Positions 1-10,900 of a stretch of 34,799 nucleotides of DNA are shown in pieces (position 1 is the stretch's first letter; each line of letters begins with the position of its first letter). The stretch covers positions 1 through 34,799 of the forward strand of contig JYFJ02005688.1 in assembly GCA_000934665.2 (NCBI GenBank), read 5' to 3'. This stretch comes from Catajapyx aquilonaris. Taxonomy: Eukaryota. The translations under genes and the position numbers were made by a program. Below the pieces are notes generated by a model, which worked only from the letters and a program-made list of their open reading frames with translations, was not told the origin of the DNA and did not search any database.

Positions 1-97
1 TCATAATGACGTCTAAAAGACGTCACTAAGTGACGCCTAAATGACGTATCCAGTGACCCAAAAATGACGTCAAAATGACGACAGCTTGTTGCCTGGG
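1..97. mobile_element. Right end of a non-autonomous DNA element (possibly CACTA/EnSpm-like) with TGACG subterminal repeats
   Basis: Several TGACG/GACGT motifs within 80 nt, ending in TTGCCTGGG. The other end is outside the window. Confidence 0.4.
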
Positions 98-160
98 AGG
101 CCTAGAGAGAACAGTCAACTTCTTCGTTTTTCTGTTGGTATATCAACAATTTATTTACAG

Positions 161-1249
161 ATACTCACCTATTGCCGTTCAATGTAACACATTATGCCAC
201 AATGCAACTGAAGGCCCTCAATGTGTTCTACCAAGATAAAGCTTGGAATGAACTTGCAGATTATGGAGTAACAGCTCAATTAAGTAAGTGCAAATTCCTT
301 GGCTATATGCTTTTAATACCTTTAACTCGGGGAGGTGTGGTGGCCGAGATGGTAACGTCTCGGCTTGCTGAGTGGAAGGTCCCAGGTTCGATCCCCGCCT
401 GGGAGTTCCCTTCCACCTGCGTCAGGAGGGTCTCTGACCTGCACCAAGGAGATGTCTGGCAACCTAACCTCCTGGGGAACAGCACATGACCCCTTTTCAG
501 ACAATGCACTTGCACCCATGTTCCCTTCCCAAAACTCCCTATCCTTTCCCAATCTCCTTGATTTCCTGCACCGGAGTGAAGTTAACTTAGAAAATTGAGG
601 AAAAATGGTGGTGTACCACCCCCCTATAGAACCAGTAAGGGTCATCACGGGGTACAAAAAAAAAACAACCTTTAACTCCTGCATTCTTCTACACTATCAT
701 GAACAGATATTCTTAGAGACTCCGTGGTGGATTTCCAACTTGCGGCTGCTAATTGGCACGACCGCGTAGAAAAAGACAATCCTTCAAGGTGAGTAATTAT
801 AATTTTTCACGCAGAAATACCTGCCCGATAACTTGAGCTTGAAAGCAGAACTGCATATAACATGCTTAAGTAATATTTCCTTGCATATACAGTCCTTCTG
901 AATTTCGTCGACTAAACGATGTGGTAATGGCTGTTGAGAGGTCTTTCATCCTCCCCAGAGGCCTCCCAGGTCGACCTGACACGCTGTAAGTTCATTCAAT
1001 GGCCTTGAAAAATATTGGCAACTAACTGTAAACATATCTTACAGCCACGCCCTGTTTGCACCAAGTTCTGGAAACAACTACGTAGGCTCCGGTCTACCAG
1101 GACTGTCAGACCTATTGCACCATCCTGCATCATCTTTGTCGCCATATGAGAAAGAAAGGCGAAGGAAGGAATTGTTGCGACACTTGTCTGACTTGCTGGT
1201 TATGACCAGGCAGGCGACGAAATTGTTGAATCCCAAAAGTATCGTATGA
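161..1249 (+). CDS. M28B NAALADase / glutamate carboxypeptidase II (PSMA)-like protein, paralogue 1, last 4 exons (5' part lies outside the window)
   Basis: Exons 161-283, 707-788, 893-985 and 1045-1249 have AG/GT boundaries and compatible phases. Spliced translation DTHLLPFNVTHYA...NILRDSVVDFQLAAANWHDRV...FRRLNDVVMAVERSFILPRGLPGRPDTLHALFAPSSGNNYVGSGLPGLSDLL...KSIV* matches the TfR-like dimerisation domain of the GCPII family. TGA at 1247-1249. Confidence 0.9.
329..667 (+). mobile_element. tRNA-derived SINE in an intron of paralogue 1
   Basis: A box TGGCCGAGATGG (341-352), B box GGTTCGATCCC (385-395), A-rich tail, 11-bp TSD ACCTTTAACTC at 318-328 and 668-678. Confidence 0.9.
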
Positions 1250-1538
1250 GATGTTTTTCTTGTGTAAACTAAAGATGTGCTTGTTTATGGATGTATTCCC
1301 TTTGCTGTACCGTACTTAATTATAGTTATATTTGTTACTTATGCACTGTTAAGTGTATTTTTTCAACTGGAACCTAATACAATGGAAGTCTCGCGATCTT
1401 GAGTTTTTAGAAATGGATGCTGTTGTCGTATTTACCGTATAGGATAAATTGCAACTCACCTTTAGTGTGTAAGTGCCACATGATGCTCCACATGCAAAAT
1501 CGCGTACGGTACCTCATAAGTCATAATCTATTAGTAAA

Positions 1539-1543
<5 letters not shown>

Positions 1544-1615
<72 letters not shown>

Positions 1616-1738
1616 GGGGTTAGTACACCGCCCATTGATGGGCATCTGGCACGGTACCTTTATTTGCTTTTTAGATGTGCAGCTACATTTTTGGTCATTT
1701 TCCGTAACGCCCGGGTATCATACCGCGAGCGATAGGGG
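1544..1738 (-). mobile_element. 5'-truncated SINE/LINE 3' end with (ATT)n tail
   Basis: (TAA)~25 tract at ~1542-1615 and 14-bp TSD ATTAGTAAAATATA at 1530-1543 and 1739-1752. Shares CCCGGGCGTTAC and AATAAAGG..CCGTGC motifs with the SINE at 22408. Confidence 0.8.
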
Positions 1739-2104
1739 ATTAGTAAAATATACTGTAGACTCAGCGAAAATAACGAATTTTGCAATGCTCACAAAAAAGC
1801 CTAAAGACATGGCGAAAGACTACGTTGTGAAGTAATGCTGATATATGATGTAACGGAGCGCGTAGGCTGTATTTTAGGAACCATTTCTACATACAATTAA
1901 CCGAAATCACGAAATAAAACCAATTAACAAATAACAATTATTAAGTTACAAGTTCAAGGGAACATTTAGTAAACTCCAGAGTTATTATATTACATGAATT
2001 CTTGAATAAATTATAAGTTATTGTAGGCTAATATTACACCGATTCATCAATTTATTGATGTCAACATTTATTAACTAGGCCTACTGTATGCTACGTATGA
2101 TACA

Positions 2105-2611
2105 CAGGGTTCGGAAATTTAACCTACCGCCGCTTTGGGAAATTGCGATCACTTTCAGTATAATTATGCAACATGGTTCTTCGACGCATAGTTACGGAGA
2201 TAATTAGCATTAAATAAAAAGCGCATTATCCCAGCTTATATAGGTTTTGGATACTGTTTACGATACTTCCATCGCCTAGGGCCCTATAGGCCATTCCATG
2301 CTACACCAAAAAGGATCGTAAATTAAAATTAAATTACAAGGTAACACCTTAAATAAATGAAAAAGGTAAGGTCGCGTGGAGGGATGCCTACGTGCCAGGA
2401 TATTATACCTTGTCTTTGAACTTTGAAGCACATTATAATAATGATTTTTATTAACCTGCGGGGTCAACCACCCTTTTGCAGTTGAAGCACATTACCTCGG
2501 TAACTATGCGTCGGAGACCCATGTTACATAATGCACATACTTAAAGTGATCGCCTAGAACCCCTCTATCATTTCCCAAAGCGACGACGGTAGGTTAAATT
2601 TCCCAACCCTG
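2105..2611. mobile_element. Tc1/mariner-type MITE with long imperfect TIRs
   Basis: CAGGGTTCGGAAATTTAACCTACCG... versus ...CGGTAGGTTAAATTTCCCAACCCTG, TA on the right side, and inverted similarity extending about 100 nt inward. Confidence 0.8.
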
Positions 2612-3255
2612 TAGGCTATGTCAATTTAATGAATTTATATACCAAGTATATATTGTGTGACATATTGAGTTACTTGTCCACGGAGGAGCCGTTTTTCAAT
2701 ACACCATGGTAGGGCAAAGTGGAAAAGCTAATGGGGAAAAGTGGATAAGGTAATATTGAATAAATAGTAATACAGTATTACGCTTTGTATGTAACATCTT
2801 GTTGGTATATAATAATCCTAATTCTTGATTCAGTGCCGCTTTAGGTCCTTTCTATTTGTTATGTAAGGTGTTTCGCTAGACTATTGTATCTATTGAATAA
2901 CATACGATCGTAAAACGGATCAAATGTTCTCATCGCATATTTCTGCATCAAAGGTAGTACATTCGTCTTGAGCCCATTTCTTGCACTTGCAGCACGTAAT
3001 CCATCATCCTTCCCCATGCTTGGACTTACAGATTGGACCTGAGCAAAAAAAACAAAAAAAGGCACTATATGTCTTCTTCCTTATTGCTATCAGAGCTGCT
3101 CAAATACTCTCCAGCACGTCCCCTTTTGAGTCCAATTTTTCTTTAGACTTCTCTGATGTAAACAACAGCTTTCGGTAGCCCTTTGTGTTGAAATCTTTCT
3201 TTGGCACATGCCTACCAGCTGGCAGTTTCCGTTGCTTGAAGAGTTCTTGCAGATA

Positions 3256-3803
3256 CAGTAAAACTTCTATTAGTCGAACTTCCCTAACTCGAATTTCTAT
3301 AACTCGAAGTTCTCCGTAACTCGAAGTGCTGGCAGGGCCTTACGATGGGATATCAATGCATTTTCAGTCTCCCTAAGTCGAAGTTCGTGTTCGCGCGCGA
3401 ACACGAACTTCGACTTAGGGAGACTGAAAATGCATTTCTCATGTCCCAGCCGAAGAGTCGAGAGTAGGCCACATGTACAGAAAGGCTCAATTTCCGGATT
3501 TCCGTCTATCAGACGTACCGAAAGAAGTGTTTGACTCGATTGTGACAATTGAATCCTTGAATCTAAGAGTAGGTAAATGTCCATATAACGGACATTTTTT
3601 TACAACAAAACAACGAGGAACATTGTAAGTGTGATAGTGACAGTTATTTTTAAGTTTTGAACACCTTTCGTCCCTGGATATAAAGATAGGCTTCCTTATA
3701 GAGTTCTGGGCTTTCAAAATTCCAATCTTCTATAACTCGAATCTTCTACAACTCGAAGTTTTTTCCCGGTCCCATGGAGATTCGACTTATAGAAGTTTTA
3801 CTG
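3256..3803. mobile_element. Tigger/pogo-like MITE
   Basis: TIRs CAGTAAAACTTCTAT / ATAGAAGTTTTACTG, TA on both sides, repeated (T)AACTCGAA subterminal motifs. Confidence 0.9.
3355..3436. repeat. Perfect 82-bp palindrome inside the MITE
   Basis: AATGCATTTTCAGTCTCCCTAAGTCGAAGTTCGTGTTCGCG|CGCGAACACG...AATGCATT, with no spacer. Confidence 0.95.
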
Positions 3804-4380
3804 TATAGACCTTCATATCATCACAGCATAGTTGAACCTCTCTTGCAATTGCGCATTCTTGGTCCTGCTTCACTACTGTTCTTCACGTACGGGGATTAGA
3901 AGGATAGCTTGTGGAAACACCTATCTGTTGTTTTGGCGACCACAAATGCTCAGAAAATCCATTCAGATTTCTTGGCCATATTCCTGCCGCCCTGAATCCA
4001 TTTACACAAAAAATCGATAACTTTATAGCCTACTCACTGTCAGAAATAAGTTGAGACAAAATTCCTAAGTTGATGGGACTATTTACAATAATTGTATGTA
4101 GGTTATTATATTGTCAAAGTCGGGTAGGCCTATCTAATTTCTGTCGGCTGTGACCTATACTGATGTACCGTACCGTATACTTTTTTATTAGATCTCAGTA
4201 CTCAGGTAAAGGCAGTGTGCGCCAGAATTTGAGCCCGAGAGCGTCATATGACGTCATATGCGCAAATTTTCCCTCAATTCCCTCTTTTAAAGAACGGCCT
4301 TCAGTTACGTCATTATTGCATGCTTGCAACCACCTTGCAACTCCCTCTTCAGCCACCACAGACAGCCTGGCTCGCGTTAT

Positions 4381-4453
4381 GCCTCGGTAGCGCAGTAGGT
4401 AGCGCGTGAGTCTCATAATCTCAAGGTCGTGAGTTCGATCCTCACCCGGGGCA
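4381..4453 (+). tRNA. trnM-CAT: tRNA-Met (CAT), elongator type
   Basis: GCCTCGG/CCGGGGC acceptor stem, A box TAGCGCAGTAGG, anticodon arm TGAGT-CTCATAA-TCTCA with the U31:U39 mismatch typical of eukaryotic elongator tRNA-Met, T arm GTGAG-TTCGATC-CTCAC, discriminator A. Nearly identical to the animal elongator tRNA-Met as I recall it. Confidence 0.97.
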
Positions 4454-4461
4454 TTTTTTTT
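4454..4461 (+). terminator. RNA polymerase III terminator (T8) of tRNA-Met
   Basis: Run of 8 T immediately after the discriminator base. Confidence 0.85.
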
Positions 4462-5819
4462 ACCTCCTCTTAATATTTTTTTAAATATCATAATATATTT
4501 TAATTAAGATCAACGTTTCAGCTATTGTCACTATCACTTATGTACACTATCTTGTGCAGGCAAGGTTTGTGTTAATTCCCATTTAACTTATTCCATCAAA
4601 ATACTGTACTCTAATTCACCTGATAAATAATTATAATCAAACTCCTTTATTAATGTAGGGCATGGCCTCTTGCAGCATTTATATGAAGCCTCTGAGCTTT
4701 GTGGCATAGTTGATGGCCATTATGAATTAACAGATTGTCACTATCTAGAGAAGATCCATTTTCACTTTTTCAGAGCAAAATAATACAGTAGCTTGCTATC
4801 CATAAAAGTGAAACCTTACTTTCCCAGTTTTGTTACCACTTTCACAGGTTGGCTAAAATGGGCATGGTGGAGTTCTGGATATAATTTTGAAACACCTAAT
4901 CAATCACCTGAAATATTTTAAAATTGTGACATCTAATTCATTCATAAATTCATTAAGCTGGTCATGAGACTGCTACCGACATTCTCTACTGAAACATTGT
5001 CATGGTACCAATAAAGTACAGGTGCAGTAATAGTACAAGAGGCTCTCCATATCCACAAGGGATTGGCATGTACAGTACACAGATCTTCCCAGAGTTTCGG
5101 TTAGGTGATGCTGGATTGATACAATAAAATTAAATTAGCAGTTAGCAATTCTTGATCAGGTTTTATTACAAGTCACTGTGCAAACATAATAATTATTAAC
5201 TCACTAGTGTGCTCGTCACATATTTGCCACAAATTGTGTAATGGTATGTAGGCTACTGTAGGCCTACTTTTTATCCAACATCATTCAAAAAAATAAGAAT
5301 AGAATTAACATTTAAAATATACGATCACAAAAATTTTCACTTCCTTACAAACCATATGTAGGTAGAAGAATGAACTTTTCCTATATCGCTATGTGAGATA
5401 TTTGATTACCTTGTCTCAACAGTAAAGAGCATTTGGGCATGAATAAATTTGACTGTCCCTATACTTTTGCCTAAAATAATTTTTGTAAGTGGCAAACCAT
5501 GTGAAGGTGACTTGGTTCAAGGTCTGGACCATAGTCTGTGTGCTCAAATGTGCATCATTTGAACTATTAGATAGACTGACTAGGCCTAATGCCCATGCAA
5601 GGACTACCATGTGCAATCATGCACTCTTGTGCATCCTTCTCCTTTGAGCACCCTAAAAAATGTTCAATATCATGGTCCAGAATTTGAATCAAGTTACCTT
5701 CACCTGTTTTGCCATCTCCATTTTGTCAGGCAAGCACCTATGACCAAGATACAAAGGAATCGGCTTTGCAAGTGAAAGTGCTCAACGTTGCAAAATATGG
5801 CTGCATAAATGATATGATA

Positions 5820-5917
5820 GACATATTATTTGGGCCAAGTAGTATAGCTAACAATTTGTGCCAGAACACTTTCTGGCACAAATTGTTAGCTATACTACTT
5901 GGCCCAAATAATATGTC
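5820..5917. repeat. Perfect inverted repeat, 47-bp arms, 4-nt loop
   Basis: 5820-5866 is the exact reverse complement of 5871-5917. The loop is CACT. Confidence 0.95.
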
Positions 5918-6008
5918 ATGTTGATTTCTTGAAATGGTCAAATGGTACTTACTTTTGAGATAAGGTAATAATGGTCCTGTGCATGGCCTTAAAATACTAA
6001 GGTCTGGT

Positions 6009-6351
6009 CACTCCCCCTTATCGCCTGACGGGGCGTTTTGCGGGAGGTGCTCACTTGAGAGCGCCTTTCACATCTGTAGGCCTAATGATTGGTAAATACA
6101 TATGGTGACCCTACCAGACCGCGCTGAACTTAGGTAGAATGGATGAGTCGGTCAAAATTAAGAATCTCATATGAGTATACTAGTTTGAGATTCTTAATTT
6201 TGACCGACTCTTCCCTTCTACCTAAGTTCAGTGCGGTCCGGTAGGGTCGCCACACGTATTTACTGATCATTACAGATGTGAAAGGCACTCTCAAGTGAGC
6301 ACCTCCCGCAAAACGCCCATCAGGCAATAAGAACTGATTATAGGGGGAGTG
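6009..6351. mobile_element. Fold-back MITE
   Basis: Termini CACTCCCCCT / AGGGGGAGTG, with ~150-bp imperfect inverted arms around a short spacer at ~6170-6185. Confidence 0.8.
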
Positions 6352-6919
6352 TCCGGGGGCTGGTCCTGTGTTAGGTATTCATAAGACTAGAATCATCTCT
6401 ATGCATTACTTGTTTGTACAGCATGTTCCAACTGAAGCACCCATAGTGATTAGTAAATTTTTGGCATTATGGTGCTTATCATATAGATGCGGATTATTTG
6501 CAAGCACTTCCTTTTAAATGTTTTATTGTAGGGGTGAAAAATATACTGATTGATAATATTACAATGGATGGAAGGTATGTCTGGGACCAGTTGCAGCTCT
6601 AAAAATGGGAAACAAATTAAAACTCTATGGAATGTATTTTATGGATCAGTAACTGGCGATACCTAACATACTGCTAGCACAGACATTTTTGGTGCATCAC
6701 CAGTGGGTGGGAACTGGGAAGGTGGTCTGCATACCACCCTCTGACCCAGATGCTTAGAGCTTAGACCATACCTGTTCCACCCTTGGACCTTGACCTCCCC
6801 TACCCTTAAACCAGACTAATTTGATCCCTGCCTAGAGCGGAATGTGGGAAGTGGGCAATTCTGCTCAAAAATAACACAGGAACATGGGAGTAATTCTGTT
6901 ATCAGACTAATATTTATCG

Positions 6920-7053
6920 GCACGAAATTTAGCGGAAGATAATAATCAGTCCGCTAGCTGGTTGAAAACTGAAAAGTTAGCGAAAGCGCTAAACAGCTAA
7001 CCGGAAAGTTAGTTCTGCTATTAGCGGGTTAACGGCGCTAATGCCCACCACTG
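6920..7053. mobile_element. Terminal fragment of a hAT-type MITE
   Basis: Repeated TTAGCG/CGCTA motifs ending in GCCCACCACTG, the reverse of a CAGTGGTGGGC TIR. No partner end found. Confidence 0.45.
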
Positions 7054-7324
7054 CAAAATGGGTCAGTGAGACCTGTCATACTCTTTATTAGCCTTTGCAC
7101 TAGGATAAATCATTTCTTAGCTTTAGCAAAACTGCTACTTATAACTTTCCTCCCAAAGGCACTTACGCTGTGCTCATTGTAACCACCCACCAGGTCAGAG
7201 AACAGGAGTATATAATTATGTGATCCTCTAGCCTGAAACTGTGAATTCTGCTGCAGTGCCCGGAGGAAAATAGAAACAGAAACCAGGAAGCAGTGCAACA
7301 ATATTCTTGAACTATGCAGGTCAT

Positions 7325-7581
7325 CGTCGGCCGGCGATCAAAACCTCGTAACTCCATTTTGCGCGAAAATGGACTTACGTACCTCGTAAGTCCCTTTGCA
7401 CAACTTTGCAACGGTGTACACATGAATTCAACATCATCCTCATGAAAGGTAAGGTTACGTTATGCTACACTGTAGGAATAATTGTCAGCATGAACAGAAA
7501 ACATAATTTTACAAAATGTTTTTTGTCCCTCCTGTAAAATTTGGTCTTGAGGAGTTACGAGGTTTTGATCGCTGGCTGACG
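7325..7581. mobile_element. MITE with 31-bp TIRs and a 4-bp TSD
   Basis: CGTCGGCCGGCGATCAAAACCTCGTAACTCC / GGAGTTACGAGGTTTTGATCGCTGGCTGACG, flanked by TCAT at 7321-7324 and 7582-7585. Confidence 0.85.
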
Positions 7582-7952
7582 TCATGTTTTCTCACTTCCT
7601 GGTCAAGAAAATGTTTCCTGAAACCAGTGAAACTGACTCTCAGACATGTCCATTCAACTAAATATTACCCTTCAATAGTTTAGATAGGACTTAAGTGAAA
7701 CTGTTTGAAAGTAACTGTTTCATAATAAGTACCTTAGCAGTAAGTATCAAAAATTTCTGGTCATAACAGACAGTACAATTAGAACACACTGAATAATCTT
7801 AGTAATTACATAACTGAACATAATTATATTACATTTCAACATCCCTTTTGTCACGGGAGCTGTTGTGGCAATAATTCTTCAGTCCAACCAGGTAGCCCAC
7901 AAAATTATTTCAACTCTCAGACATGGTGATGGCCCCTTCCAATAAAAAAAAA

Positions 7953-10900
7953 TTACACTGCTGTTATGTCTCCCTTGAGCACAGTTGCTGCACGCTTGAC
8001 ATAAAAGATCACTTCAGACAAATGCTTCTTGACGCCTTCCCATCTTTTAGCTTGCTCAGTTGAGTTCAACCTATCCACATTGTGTAAAAGATCCCAGAGA
8101 CCAGCAAAACTGGTTCCTGCATAAGAATCTGAACTACTGGGGGCAAACACAACGTGACTGCCCAGGGAATAAAATTTAGTTAGCTGGGTGACAATTTTAC
8201 AATGCCAATATACAACTCACTTGACATCATTTCTTCCCATTGGTAGTCCCCATGGATTAATAAATGCTCTTTCCAGGAGCATTAACCGGTCATTCACTGC
8301 TCGGACTGCCAGTGGACTAGAAACACAGTACAGAAATAACTTGTGCAATGTCCATTTTATTAGTATTTACTTACTTGCTTTTGTCAACATATGGAAGAAC
8401 ACTGTTTTGAAACTCTATGGCACTGTGTGAAAATTCTTGAATGGCTTCCTCAAAGTCACCTGTGAAAAATTATAATATTAATTTGCATTCCTAGGATTAA
8501 ATGTGATATTTTCTTACCCAAGCTCAATCCCTTTTGTGATAATTTTGGCCCTAAGCCTTCCTTTATGGCATCTAAAGCCCTGCTGAGATATGCTGCATAT
8601 TCAGTTGCATTGAAAGGGAGAATCAGTGAATCTGCAAGGTCACGAGCCATTTCTCCCCAAACCTTAGCCAGGGCCACATGAAGGTGAAACCCATTGTCCA
8701 TCAAATCCTTAACCAAGTGGTAAGTGTCATACAGAGTATGGTACAGAGGGTATGTATCATGGTACTGAAAAGATAATTAAATCATAAGCCATGCAGGAAA
8801 TATGGGATTTATCAGGTAAATTACCTTTGGATCAATAAATCTCACATCTGCTGAGGGAATCCCCAGATTGTGAATAAAACCAACATAGTCACTGCCACTG
8901 CCAATATCTTTGACCCTGCAGGAGACAAAGGCAATACTGACAAGGACTCTGTATCTGTACATTTTTTTGAGGTACCGGTACTTACTCAGGCCTATTTTTT
9001 GTGATATTGTCTGGCATATGATGGAGCCAGGAGTCATAAAGAGTCTTCATCCCATGATCATATTCAAACTTGTTTGGATTCTTAACCTTTTTGGCAGCAT
9101 TAAAGAGAGCTGTGTAGAGCAAGGGCACGGATTCGCCCATAAGAGTCACATTTCCACTCATTGCCATGTCTACATTAATGTATGCAACTGCACGTGCATC
9201 TAAAAGCTTTCTCAGGTCTTCAGTCCATTCCATAGAGCCCACAAGTCCATGCTCTTCAGCTCCCCAGCTGCACAAGACCAGGCTGCGACGTGGCAACCAA
9301 GCTGGAAGAATAGTGACATATTAACTCATCTTAATGGAAACCATGTGTTTCATAATTTAGCTCACATCTGCATCAGCAGAAATATCATGTATGCCCACAA
9401 GTCATGTTGGCCCCCTGCAGGGGAGAAAATGGAGAGAGGAAAGTGAATAAGGGATAGTTGCTTAGGGAAATGCATGTTCAATAATTCTTTTGATGACTAA
9501 AATTGGTGGGCATAGGATTAGGAACTTAACACAGGATTGTCCATGACATTTCAACCAACATGAACATGAGCTAAATTCTGAAACATGATGTACAGTACAC
9601 AGTCATTTTCACCATGATCTTTTTTGAGCTGGCCAAACACACGTCCCAATTCCATCAGTAATGCTGTGCCACTTGACGGGTCCACTCCACCAAATGTCCA
9701 AGCATCTCTGTGGTTCCCCAAAATCACATATCGATCTGTAAGGCAATGTATTTTGTGGGAGTGTCATATTGAGACCTTAAAAGCATTCCTGTGTTTAACC
9801 TGATTCAACACGCCCATGCATAACAGCAATGACATTATAAGTGACCCGTTGTTCATTAGTCGTTTGAATTTTCATTCGAATGGCTTGTCTGCTAGGACCA
9901 ATTTCATACGAGCAGTTGAGTCCTCCTGTCCAGTTTGTTGGGGATGGCTTGGTCCCTGCCATGGTTCTAAAAACAAATAAATCAATTTAACTGCACTGTA
10001 ACCATTATGAAGTCAGATTCTACCAACCTCAACAATTCCTGTGCATCTTGATATCCAATGGGTTGAACTGGAATTTTGGGAAGTAAGGCATCCTTCTCTG
10101 CAATTCTGTAAGCAGTTTCTGAAAATTGGGGAGTCAGTTTTCTCCTAATTGGAACAGACCTCAGATCTTAACTTACTTATGGATGGAAAGTGAGGTGTCA
10201 AGGGATCTCCCTCAGTTAGTTTGACTGTTCCACTTTGTGCGCCCAAAGGTGGTAGATATACAGTATCTGGGTACACCCCTTCTTTTCCAGGCGGGCCAAA
10301 GTCTTTTGGATCCATAAAAAATATTACTCCTTTTGCACCATATTGTTCAGCAAACTTGACCTGTGATCAAAATATTTCAGTTTCCATATTAACAGAGCCA
10401 AAATCATCACTTACAATGTTGGCGCGAAATATCTGTCCTAATCGAGCCAATACCACATTTCCTTTGACACTGACGCCATTGTCGTTTAAATACTGAAAGT
10501 CTTCTTCCCGGCCGTAATTTACATACACCATATATGCCTGGAAAGCTCACATCAGTAAATACGTCTTCAAAAGTGTAAAATAGAAAGCATTCACTCTAAT
10601 TGTGGCCGCAATTTACGAGGAAATCGCCATTATAGTCACGGTGTATGTGTTCATACGCGCCACTGACTGCAGCATGTCACGATAACGCCGATTCCCACAT
10701 AAATCCACGCCTTTACACGTTACCTCCACTATTCCGTGTCCAGAATACGCATTAAATGTCTGTATTTTGAATTTTTCTTCCCCTGGATACAGAGCTGGCT
10801 GAGAGTCGTTAATTCTGTAGACTATATCCCCTTGTTCAGAGAGGATAAATATCTGTGGAAGAACTACCTCACCTAGAGTTTCCGATCGTGGTAATCAATA

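Larger units (their letters stand above)
2705..3985 (-). mobile_element. Decayed pogo/DDE_1-type transposon 3' part, interrupted by a MITE
   Basis: The minus strand gives GFRAAGIWPRN (end of a DDE_1 domain) near 3950-3985 and a Cys-rich PHD-like remnant (CSGPICKSKHGEG*WITCCKCKKWAQDEC) near 2960-3050, with stops. GGGCAAAGTGG-like subterminal repeats near 2713-2745. Confidence 0.6.

Noticed and set aside
1..97. Short repeats that could suggest a CRISPR array or a CRE cluster
   Set aside because: The repeats are only 5-8 nt with no spacer structure, and the context is eukaryotic; transposon subterminal repeats fit better.
329..405. tRNA-like sequences here and at ~15300-15377 and ~22408-22485
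   Set aside because: They have A and B boxes but I could not fold a full cloverleaf; tails and TSDs identify them as SINE heads.
1417..1623. Poly-Asn ORF, and the poly-Ile ORF at 22708-23097
   Set aside because: Translations of (TAA)n retroelement tails.
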